NCBI GenBank assembly: GCA_023213395.1
Contig: CM041465.1
Location: 186,875,741 to 186,939,740 of the forward strand
Reading direction: 5' to 3'
Origin: Cycas panzhihuaensis
Lineage: Eukaryota; Plantae; Cycadophyta
DNA length: 64,000 nt
The notes beneath the pieces are model-generated. The model searched no databases. It saw only the letters and a list, made by a program, of their open reading frames with translations, and had not been told where the DNA came from. The translations under genes were made by a program, and so were the position numbers. Shown here in pieces: positions 1-12,045 of the stretch; position 1 is the stretch's first letter, and the number at the start of each line of letters is the position of its first letter.

Positions 1-810
1 TTGGTAGTATCATAGTGATCAATTACATTAAGAAGTTGTAACCGTCACATCATTGATGTATATTTAAGAAGACATAATCTCAATAGAAATCAAGAACTCT
101 TTTCTTCTATGTTTAAGTTATGCTCTATTTTTCATCATGGTATTAGAACAGGCCAGTTTAAACTGATTCCCTTTCTGATGAATTTCTTCTGTCAAGATAA
201 CTTAGCCAAGAGTGAAAGAAGGAGACAAGGCAGTAGGACTTTCCTACAAGTCAGAGATCATTATTTTTTCTAGTACGGAACCATACGGATCTATACGATC
301 ATGTACGGAAGGAAATTTTTCAAAGTGCTCAGATCAAAGCGAAATTTGGTGGGGAGATAGATCAGAGGACACTGAAGATATTTCTCTTCTGGAGTTGATT
401 CATCCGAGGTCATTTTTGAAGGCCAAATCGAGCCTGAGCCAGTCTGCGTGGGTTTGAAGGAATTTTCTCAAAAATTTTCTCGATTTTCTCAGAAAATCAG
501 GTAATTCCAGTCATAATCTCTTCTTGGCATTAATACCTTGGATTTGCGTCCAGTTTTGAAGATTTATTTCAACGATTTCTTAGTATTTTTTTAAAAATAT
601 GAATTTCTGCCCTAGCCACCATTTTTCTTTCCAAAGCAGATTTCTCTAGTTTGAAAATTGATTTTGAAAAACTGACTTCAGATTTAGGTAGGCAACTGAG
701 AAACCTCGATTTTGAGGTACTTTTTTATTTTGGCCGTACACCTAGGGTTCCGTCTGAGTGCAATGCATTTGTCTGAGCAGTATAAAATCCTGTCTTTTGA
801 CCAAAAAATA

Positions 811-3800
811 ATGTCGTCCTCTCTCATCTCTCTGCCTGAACCAGAAAAATTAACCGATTCAAATTATCATGTGTGAAAAATTAAGACAGAAAGAATTTTG
901 AGGGTGAAAAATGCCTGGAAAATTGCTGAAGGGATAGAAAAACGTCCTTCTGTTGGCGATGATAAGCTAGGAAATTGGATTGAAAGAAATAATATGGCCA
1001 GTCTCACATTAAAAATGTCCATTTCTGACTCTATCCTCGTTTATGTTGAAAAATTAAATCATGCTTCTGAAATTTGGAAATGCTTAGAAAATTTATACGG
1101 ACAAAAGAATAAGGCAAGAATAATTACACTCAAAGAAGAGTTGTACAAACTTCATATGAAAGAAAATGAAGAGATAGAAGAATTTATGCATAAAATCATT
1201 ACTGTGAGAAATAATCTCTTGAGTGCTGGAGGCCTAATATCTGAACAAGACCTTGTGGAAATTGTAACAGCAAGGTTGCCAAAGTCGTTTGACACAATTG
1301 TCAACACTATCACAGATAGTGATAGGTTAGACAAATTAACTGTTGATGAATTAACAAGTTTATTGTTAAGACAAGAACAGAGAAACAAAAGATATGAAAA
1401 CACAATAGAGTTGGAGGATGCATTTGCATCCAGACTGAATCTCGGGCCAAGAGGAAGACAACAATTTCAAGGACCAAGTAGAACATTAGACTTCCGGAGA
1501 CGAGGACGCTGACAAAATTCCAAAGGACGAGGACGCAGTAGAGAAAACAGAGTCTGCTACAACTATGGAAGAACTAGACATTTCGCCATCAGTTGTAGAA
1601 TCTTTGACATATGCTACTACTGCAGACAAAGTGGACACTACCCATATCAGTGGCCACAAAGACGAAGTGAATTTTAGAAAGGAAAATGACCTATTAGAGG
1701 ATACAGCAAAGAAAAGGACGAAGAGGAAGAGGAAGAAGAAGAGATAGCCTTTATCACAGCACTGGTTACCGGAATGAAAGATAAAGACATATGGTACATA
1801 GATTCAGGAGCCTCCAAACATATGACAAGTCGGGAAGAATGGTTTCAAACCATGAATCCATACAATATGGATAAATCAGTAGAGCTGGGTGACAAATATT
1901 CCCTTAATATAAAAGGGATTGGAACCATTTCAGTAAACCTGGATGGAAATGAAAAAAGAATTGGAAATGTTTTGTTTATTCCAGATCTAAAAATGAATCT
2001 CCTCTCTGTCTCTCAACTAAGCAAAAAGGGTTTGAGAACCATATTTTATGAAGAAGGGAATTGCCACATTTTGGATATGAAAAAAGACAAAAAATTTATT
2101 GGAAAAGGAGTCAGATGTAATGATCTTTACAAACTCCTGTCAGATCCTGTACTTCCTTACCTGGAAGAAAAAGCTTGTACTGCTTCTAAATCTAATAATA
2201 AAGCATGGCATTTAAGGTATGGGCATCTTTCAATTGATACACTTAAACAAATAAAAAAGTCAGGAATGGTAAATGGCCTACCTAATATTTCATCAGATAC
2301 ATTTGTTTGTAAAGGTTGTCAACTCGGCAAACAACATAGACTTCCTTTTAAAGAAAGTACTTGGAAAGCTCAGTCTAAATTAGAATTGATACACATAGAT
2401 ATTTGTGGTCCAATTACACCTCTGACAATTAATGGATGCAGATACTTCTTAACTTTCATTGATGACTTCACTTGGAAAGTTTAGGTATATTTCTTACATA
2501 ATAAGTCAAAAGTTTTTGAAACATTTAAAGAATTTAAAGCAGAAGCAGAGCTAGAATCAGGAACGAAAATCAAATGAATCAGATCCAATGGAGGAGAGGA
2601 ATATATATCAAAGGAGTTTCTAAATTACTACAAGGACCGAGGGATTCGTAGACAGGTTATAACTCCTTATACCCCTCAGTCAAATGAAGTAGCTGAAAGA
2701 AAGAATAGAACTCTAATGGAAATGGCTCGAAGCATGATATATGGAACTAAAATATCTAAGACATATTGGGCAGAAGCAGTTAGCATAGCATGCTACCTAA
2801 TAAACAGAAGTCCAACAAAAGCATTAAAGAACGTCACTCCAGAAGAAGCTTGGATAGGATAAAAACCCAATGTAAGTTTTCTCAAAGTGTTTGGCAGTCA
2901 AGCATTTGTGTATATTCCCGATAAAAGAAGGTCCAAATTAGATGTAAAAAACATAGAATGTGTCTTAATAGGATATAGTAAAAATTCAAAGGCATATAAA
3001 TGCATAGATCCAAAAACAAATAAAATCTATGTAAGTAGAGATGTCATTTTTAACGAAGAAAACTTAGTTGAATCTTCACAAATTAGAGTAATAGAAAATG
3101 AAAAAGAAAGAGGACAGGAAGCTGCTGGACATAAAGAAATGCAAGAAGATGAGCCAGAAAATAAGTTAGAAGTTACTTCAGAGGATCAAGAAACTGAAGA
3201 AGGAAATGATTCAGAAATCACTTCAGAAGAAGGACAAGCTGGTCCATCGTCAATCAGTCAAGTATCAGAAGACATCATTGAAAAAGAAGATCCACACAAA
3301 TAGAAAAAGTTGCCAAAATGGTATATCAAAACAGTTGAAGAAGGAAATGTAATAGAACAGAAAACTTGGGAACAAAGGTCAAGAGCTCTTCTAAGCAAAG
3401 TTGAACCACAAAATTTTCAAGAAGCAAAAGATCATCAAAAATAGAGAGAGGCAATGGACAATGAAATAAATTCAATCAAGAAAAATCAAACATGGGAATT
3501 AGTAGAACTACCTACTAATAAATCCACTATAAACTACAAATGGGTTTACAAAACAAAGAAAGGAGTAGATGGCAAAATTGAAAAACACAAGGCAAGGTTA
3601 GTCGCAAAAGGGTACACTCAAACAGCAGGTGTAGATTCTGATGAGACCTTTTCTCCAGTAGTAAAGATGAACACAATAAGGACAGTAATAGCTTTGGCTG
3701 CTGCATAAGGTTAGAAAATCTCCCAGCTGGATGTAAAGAGCGCCTTCTTAAACGGTGAGCTAGAAGAAGAAGTCTATATGCAACAACCAGAAGGATATGT

Positions 3801-4935
3801 TGAACAGGGACAGAAGAATCTAGTCTGCAAATTAAAAAAGGCTTTATATGGTCTAAAATAAGCTCCACGTGCCTAGTATGCAAAATTAGATCATTTTCTT
3901 GAAGAAAATAAGTTTATTCGGTGTAACTCTGACTCCAGTCTCTATATAAGAAAAATAAACAACAAGATAACAATAATTATTATCTATGTAGATGATATGC
4001 TTCTTACTGGAAATGATGTAGAAGGAATTAAGTGGATCAAAGGTCAACTTCAGCAAAAATTTGAAATGACAGACTTGGGTTCACTAAATTATTACTTGGG
4101 ACTAGAGATAGGTCAACATCAAACTTACGTAACCTTGTGCCAAAGTAATTATATTAAAAATCTGCTTGTTTGATTTTAGATGGAGAATTGCAATCCATGC
4201 ACAACACCCATGGAAACAAATTGTGACCTAACAGTAAATAGTATGGAAAAGGATGTCGATGTTACTCTGTACAGACAAATGATTGGAAGTCTGATTTATT
4301 TGATAACCACCAGGCCCGATATATCCTATCCAGTAGGATTAATATCCAGATATATACAGAATCCGAAGTTGAGACACTGGCAAGCCACAAAAAGAGTTTT
4401 AAAATATCTCAAAGGAACAACAGATCTCAAGTTAGTATACTTAAAGGGGTACCCAGCTGAAATATCAGGGTACTACAACTCTGACTGGGCTGGTGACAAA
4501 GAACAAAGGAAATCAACAAGTGGATATTATTTTTTCTTAGGAGCTTCAGCAATCTCATGGTGCAGTAAGAAACAAGCTACAGTAGCTCTTTCCTCTATAG
4601 AAGCAGAATATAAAGTAGCCACATTAGCAACTTGTGAAGCTATCTAGTTAAGACAACTTTTGCTTGATTTGAATCAATAGCAGAAAGGAGCAACTTCTCT
4701 GAAATGTGACAACCAAAATGCCATCAAGCTGACTAAAAATCTAATTCTACATGCAAGAACAAAACATATTGAAGTTCATCATCATTTCATAAGAGAAAAA
4801 GTGCAGAATAAAGAGATAGACTTAGAATATTATCCCACATCTGAGCAAGTTACAGATCTCCTGACAAAGCCTCTTGGGAGAGAAAGGCTCAAATATTTAA
4901 GAGACAAGATAGGACTATTAGAGATAAAACATTAA
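811..4935 (+). pseudogene. copia A gag-pol polyprotein, disrupted by stops
   Basis: Gag (ORF 898-1512), protease WYIDSGASKHMT, GAG-pre-integrase WHLRYGH..CKGC, integrase [26 protein letters not shown] and YVDD, RNase H SDWAGD..RKSTSGY. Stops fall mostly at W/Q/R codons. Confidence 0.93.
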
Positions 4936-4942
4936 GAGGGGG

Positions 4943-5160
4943 TGTTGAGATATAATATTTTATCTAGGAAAGAAAGGGGGTCATTTTAGGCCCACCCTTA
5001 ATGTACTCATAAGATCGTGCCACTTGGCAGTATCAAAGTGATCGGTTACATTAAGAAGTTATAACCATCACATCATTGATGTATACTTAAGAAGACAGAA
5101 TCTCAATAGAAATTAAGAACTCTTTTCTTCTCTGTTTAAGTTATACTCTGTTTTTCATTA
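4943..5160 (+). repeat. 3' LTR of copia A (218 bp)
   Basis: Starts TGTTG after the PPT; ends TTTTTCATTA versus TTTTTCATCA at 128-137. Confidence 0.92.
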
Positions 5161-6399
5161 GTCTCTTAATGAAATGTGTTTTATGTGCATTTAGATGTAA
5201 TTTTGGGTTTGTGTCATTAGGTAGAAAAATCCTAACCCTAATGCTCACCCTTAATAATAAAAAATAAAATCTCAATGAGAGAGTCATTATTCATTCTCAC
5301 ATCTAGGCTTGCTCTCATCTCTTTTTCATTCTCCATTGCCATTGTGTGCATGTGAGTAATTTATTCTCTAGATCCATTCTTCCTTTATATGGTATTAGAG
5401 CTAGAAGGAGATCTATTCACTCAATTCCATTTGCATGGAGTCATTTTGTCTCTCATTCACCTTCAATGTGAAGTATTGAGAGTGCACTCATCATTTTTAA
5501 TATTTTGAGAGCTTAAAATTATATTATTTTATATGTTACTACTTTTTCTATGTGTGAAAAAATTTAGAGGTGAAAAATACAAGTTTTTGAAGCCATTTGG
5601 TTGTCAGAATAGCCTCGAGAGCATTAAAGACCTACAATTTTATGAAAATTTTAACCAACTCAGATTTTGATAAAATTTGGCATGCAAGGTCTCCTTACCA
5701 AGAGGATCATTTTTGTCTTCTAGAGTAGCTTTAGATTTAGCTTATAACAATGAGTTTTGGCTGAGATAAAAGGTTAAAATTTACAAATAAATGACTTAAG
5801 TCACTTCTCCCAGTGAAATCATTTAATCATAAGCTAAAAATCTAAAAGTTTCTTTTAAGGGATATAGTAGATTTATGTCTTAGAATCATTTTAAGATAAA
5901 TCTCATCAAGTTTCATCGACTGGTTATTGAGATCTATGCAGTTTTCTCACAGATACTAAATTTGCCTACTCAACTCCATAACGGATATTGTAAGGGTATT
6001 ATAGGTAATTTTTTATTGATTTTAAAGATGGTGTAGAAAGAAAATTTGATGCACATATAAAAATGTAACTTTTAACATATTGAAGTTTAGATTCTGAGAT
6101 AGTGGACCTGGTAAGATTCTACTTTTGTGTTTTTTTCAAGTAATTTTTTTTATGCCTTTTCAAAATTTTGACTTCACTACTCTATCAAAAATTATATTTT
6201 TAAAATGTTTTTCTTCTACCATAAATTTAAATTCTATAATTTAGGTCTTTATATTTGTAATTTTTATAAAATTTTATCCATTTATTATTATTTGTAAATT
6301 TTGTAAAAAAATCATAAAATATGGTAAAATAGCATGCATTTAAATTTAGAAAAATTAGTACTTTAGAGCAAATTGATTTTCTTTTTAGCCCATTGTGGA

Positions 6400-9300
6400 T
6401 GTTGGAGTTAATCATCATCACTCTACTCCTACATTTTCAACTAGGATTGTACACCTCATCAACTTCAATTTAGACATGTGATGCTCAACATGTCGAGGTA
6501 AGTTAAGGTAAGTTTAACTTTAATTTAAGTTAATTTCATTTGAGTTAACTTTATTTTATTATTATTTTGAATTCAGAGGTTAAGAAGTTTCCCTCCTCCC
6601 CAAAATTATAAATATTGAGGGGTGTGCAACCCTGGTATCTTTAGACACTGCCCTTATTTAGGAAATTTGTAATGCTCACTTCTCACAATGGCTTGAATAC
6701 AATAATTTCATGTTTATGCAACTATTATGCTATTGTGATACATTGATGTATTGATGCAATATTAATTTATAGTTATTTGATATGTGTTCTACCTTGTTCT
6801 CCTACAAAGATATTTTTCCTACATTTGGTATCAGAGCAGGTTCACGATCTATTATTGAAGTTTTCTTGAAGAATAAGGAAGGTTGTTGGTATTTTGAAGC
6901 ATATTTGCTCATAGCAACAAATATTTGGTTACATTCATTTTTCTGTAAGTTTTTCAGCAAGTTTTGATTATTATTAAGTTATATTGGTGATATAACAAAT
7001 ATTTTTTAGGTTTATTTTCAGATTTGTGCAGATCTACGCAGGATTTCATTAGTAAGCCATATCTACTCAAGTTTTTTTCTCAAATTTGAGCCATATTTCT
7101 TTAGTTCTACACATTTTATCTTATATTTCATCATTATTTCAGCTGCAAGCTATATTTTATTCAAAGTTTTCTCATATTTAAGTTATATTTTTTTTAGATC
7201 TATAGTTTTTATAACATATTTAACAGTTTTCAAGTTTCTCTGTCTATTTTATCTAATATTTTTTGCAGATCTACAAAGGAGATCAGTTGTGTGCAAGATT
7301 TATATGATTTTTCTTCAAGATCTATAATTTTTACTTCAGATCTACCGTAGTTTTCTACAGATCTGACTTTAGTTTCCTAGTTTATTCTATTCAAATATTC
7401 AATTTTTTATGTATGTTCAGCCTAAAAGGCCACTTAAAGAAGTTGTATTACAGCTCTTATTGTCTATTTCGTTATTTTCTTCAGATTTTGGGTAGCTATA
7501 GCACATCTACAAAATATTGGTTTGATTATTCATATTTAAATCTCAAACTTTATATACTATAAAGTTTATTTATTTAAAAGTTTTTATATTATTTTCTATT
7601 TTCACATTTTCTATTTTTCTTTTTTTTTTTGGCGACTTGATTCTTATGTTGGCAAACTTATGCAATAGATCTACCACTTAAAACCCTAGCAAGTGACCAC
7701 TCATTGTGATCCTTGTTGAGCTAGCAATCCAATGAAAGAGACGGTTCGTGATTTTACTGATCAGACAGCAATATATTTCATCTAGATCAACTACTACTCT
7801 AATTTGGCCTCTATTCGATCTGCAAGCTTATTCTCAATGTAGAAGCAACGGATCGTTGTAAAATTTCACCAACATCTGGCCATCTAAGACACCCTGCCAC
7901 CTATAAAATCTTGTCTTATTTGATGGCCTGTAAAGAGAGATCCAGCCTCCAAAGCAACTAAAACCCTAGTTTACTAAGTTTTTTCATCATTTTCTCACTA
8001 TTTTTTTAAATTGTTTTGAAATTTTTTTATGAAATCTATATCTTTCTACTTGGGCGCCTCTCTATATGTCAATTTCAATTCAAATCTAAGCTTTATTAAT
8101 ACTCTTTCATCTACATCTCTATTTTTTTGGTAAACGGCTTGTTATTTTTCATATAAAACACATATTTTTTAATCATTTCAATTCTTTCTTAATGTATTTT
8201 CAACGTGATTTGAGTGGCAATCAGTGGTGCCTCAGTCTGCACACTAGTCCATATAAAAATTGATTAGTTTCATCAAATTTTTTGCTCTGTTTTCACCATT
8301 GTTTCCTCCTTGTCTCCGCACGCTATTCATTTTTTTTGTTGTTTTATATATATGAAAATTACTCTTTTAAAGTTTTTTTCTATTTGATTCTCTTGCAGAA
8401 TCATTGGTGGCTCCCATCCAGTTCTCCTTAGATCAATTTGGTCATCTGGTTCCTCACCATTCCATCCTATTCATTACGCAGGCCGCGCAGGTTCGATCGT
8501 GCCACATTACATTTTATTTATTTTTCCATAAAGTTTTTAATTTAATAAAAGTAAATTGTATAACGTTTTAATTTCGGGGTTTAAAGGATTTAGTCCCCTA
8601 AAATTTCATCCCCTGGTCCTATTTTATCTCCATATGACCGTTAGCAAAGGTTAACATAAGTTTTCAACCTTTTTTTTTTTTTTTTTTTTTTTTTTTTCTT
8701 ACTTTACATAGGGTTATTGGCTTTTTTTACCATAGCTCCTCACTGAGTCACCAGTTTCTAACAAAACCAATTTCATTGGGTCAGAAATTTTCTGTAGATT
8801 AATTTTGACTAGTCATATGACTAATTTGATGCTGATTTAACCCTGTTTCAGTCGATTTAAAGTCGATCAGTCGTTTTTTCAGCATTTTTTTAACTTTTTA
8901 CAAAATCACTTTTTGAACTGATCGTATTTTATTACTAGGAAATTATTTTCTGCCCAGATTTATTCTAATGTGATCTACATTAAATAAACTTCATTACCTA
9001 CCTTTTATTTTATTTTTTAGAATTCATTTTGACCATTATTTTAATCACTGAAAGTGACATTTTAGTGGTTTTTAGTTTTTTCCTTAACATTTTACCATAA
9101 AGGTACCTGTTACTATTTCTACAATAACTTTTTTGTTTGAAGTCCAAATTTATCTTCATCAGTTTCTTTGGGAATCTGACTCAATTCTCTTCGATCTGAT
9201 ATAGTTTTTTATACATTTTAATATATTTTTACTAATTTTTAAATCACTCAAAGTAGAGGTATTTTATTACTTTAAACCTACGATTTTTTACACTTTGATA

Positions 9301-11101
9301 TATATATTTCTCAAAATTTTTTAGTTGAAAGTATATTGAGCAGTCTTCTAAATAATATTTAATCATTTTTCAGCATTTTATAAAGTTTTATTAGTATTTT
9401 TATACAATTTTGAGCCTCGGCTTCTGTTAGGCCTCAAAATAATGCCTGTTTAATTTGGATCATCAAAACTTAACTTATAGGAACTCGTTTTCAAAACGAT
9501 CAATTCTATTGGATTCATATTTTTTTTATATTCATACTCATAAAGTTTCACATCATTCTGATATCATTTATTATATTTTTGAAGCTATCAAACTTAAGGT
9601 TGTCCTTTAACCCTTCTTTTAAAAAGTGTCTTCATACTCCTTATCTTTCAAAGTAAAATATACATATATTTTAATTTTTTCAGTATTATATATTATCATC
9701 AAGGCTAAGGATTTATTGCATTAAGAATTTATATTTATTCATTTAAAGAAAATCCAAAGGTTAAGATCTTATTTCAGATTTGTATCATTATAAGAATATT
9801 AGTATATGATTTCAAAGTTGCTTCTATATTCATTATTTCCTTATTGCATTTAGTTCATTTATTTTTAAAAGACATTACATTTCTTTTAAAAAGTATATTT
9901 AACATCTTATAAGTTTAGTCACTTATTGACTCTTTTGATTTAGTAAAAGCATATTTTTATATACTAAAGTTTTTTTATAACATGATACAATTACCTATAT
10001 TTGATGGGTAAAATTTTTCAGAATGGCACAAGGTTATGAAAAATTATTTTATTGCACATGATTTATGAAAACATTTACAAGATGACTATGATGTTAGTAT
10101 TAAGGAAAATATTAGAAAGAATAATAAAGCGTTAGCATTATTATTTTGTACTATCTATAATGATGCTTTTTCAAAGGTTTATGAATTAACTACTTCTAAA
10201 TCTATTTGGGATATTTTAATTTTCACTTAGGGGGGAGATACCCTCTTTATATTTGATGATATTCTTGTTGAGCATGTGAGACAGGTGATAGAACAAGTGG
10301 ATCGCGATGACAAAGCCAATGAAAATTTAGATCAAATGCATGACCAACTTGCTACACAAGGATTTGATCCTCCATTTGAGGGGGAGAATGAGAATGAATC
10401 ATATGATATGATGGAGAATAAATTTGATGACATGACAACTACTCACAGTATAAAGACTACAAAAGACAAAGTTACATCTATACATACATACTTGAATCAA
10501 GTATCATTTACTTACAGCTTTTTTGAACTACTTCATGATACAAAGACATATGTTGCAAGAAGATTATAGCATGTTGATAAAGATCAAGGTTAGAATTTTA
10601 AAGTTTTTTTCGAATACAAGTTCCATAAGTTTAAGGAAAAGATACAAGTATTTGTGATGACATTAAATGGGAGAATATTAGAGTTAATCGTCATCACTCC
10701 ACTCCCACCTTTCCAACCAGGATTTTGTACACATCATTAACTTTAATTTAGACATGTAATACTCAACATATTGAGGTAAGTTAAGGTAAGTTTAACTTTG
10801 ATTTAAGTTAGTTTCATTTGAGTTAACTTTATTTTATTATTATTTTGAATTCAAGGGTTGAGAAGTTTCCCTCCTTTCCTAAATTATAAATACTGAGGGG
10901 TGTGCAATCCTGGTGTCTTTAGACACTGCCCTTATTTGAAAATTTTGTAATACTCACTTCTCATAATAACTTGAATACAATGATTTCATATTTATGCAAC
11001 TATAATGCTATTGTGATACATTGATGTATTGATGCAATATTGATTTATGGTTATTTGATATATGTTCTGCCATATTCTCTTGTAAATATATTTTTTCTAC
11101 A
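6400..11101 (+). mobile_element. Non-autonomous copia-derived LTR element C (TR-GAG-like), nested in the leader of B
   Basis: LTRs 6400-6823 and 10676-11101 (TG/TA..CA); perfect PBS TGGTATCAGAGC at 6826-6837; PPT remnant 10663-10675; TSD GTGGA (6395-6399) / GTGGC (11102-11106). No PR, INT or RT motifs. Confidence 0.92.
9982..10678 (+). pseudogene. Short Gag-derived ORF of element C (Gag N-terminal half, acidic linker, RNase H-tail-like end)
   Basis: One frame reads MIQLPIFDG*NFSEWHKVMKNYFIAHDL*...KALALL...TSKSIWDIL, typical of copia Gag. It is in frame with ORF 10276-10569 and ends KFHKFKEKIQV. Confidence 0.75.
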
Positions 11102-12045
11102 GTGGCTTTTGTATTAAAATTTCTAAAAATATATTTAGAAATATTATACTAAAATAAGGAAAACCTTGGATCGAAAGTAACATTTGGTTTCCCTACTAAA
11201 TCTAGCATGTTTTTTTCTATTTGCATATATAGCATAAAGCATCACATAAAATAGGAACAACAACAAAGTAAGAATGAAAGACAAGCAAGCACATTTGACA
11301 ACTTTTTATTTTAGTTTTTAGTTATTTGGAAATAACTTACATTATTCCTAAAAGGAATCTCATCTGTATGATTTATACCGCCAATTCTTGAATTGTGCAC
11401 ACACTTTCCTTAGTTGAAATAGACCATGGTTAGTAGAAGTCTAGGCCCTAAGGAATGTATGAGTTTCATACTAGGTCTGATCTTAACCAGAATAGTGGTG
11501 GAGGGACAGTTTAGCCATACCTATAGCTTTCAATCAAGGATAATCTTGATAATCACCTAGAAAAACTAAAAACCTTAATGCAAGATTAAAATTAACTCAG
11601 TCTAATATCTATCATATCCATGAGATATGCATGAACTATTTGATTCTTCGGAGGAGGTATATAACTGCTCGTTGGTGAACCGGTGAGGACTAGAAGTACC
11701 TAGGCTCTATTATGACTTGGATTTTATCGCCAAAAGAAAGTACAAGTATCATGGGTGAAGGCCCTAATCGTATACTAGAAGCCTTAGGAATCAAAATCTC
11801 ACCTACATTTAGACAAAAGTTAGAGGTTAGTGGTATGACATATCACCACTCTTTACTAGCTCTACATTAGGCCTTATTCTTTCATCATTGATTATACTCG
11901 TTCTTCATAGTTGTTGAAAAATGCTTAAGCATTATTTGCTTTTCATCATAGCATTTATTTCTACATCCTTGTTGCGCTAGGTATACTAGCCATACATGTT
12001 AGTGGCACATACTTCTATCATCTCTTCTACTTCTTCATCATCACC

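Larger units (their letters stand above)
1..5160 (+). mobile_element. Ty1/copia LTR retrotransposon A (5' LTR cut by the window edge), inserted in the 5' LTR of copia B
   Basis: 5' LTR remnant 1-137 matches the distal part of the 3' LTR 4943-5160. PBS TGGTATTAGAAC at 138-149; PPT AAGAGGGGG at 4934-4942 directly before TGTTG. Domain order is gag-PR-INT-RT-RNaseH. Confidence 0.95.

Noticed and set aside
8669-8697. Poly(T) run as a retroposed poly(A) tail
   Set aside because: No TSD or adjacent SINE/LINE/mRNA body recognised; the leader is T-rich anyway.
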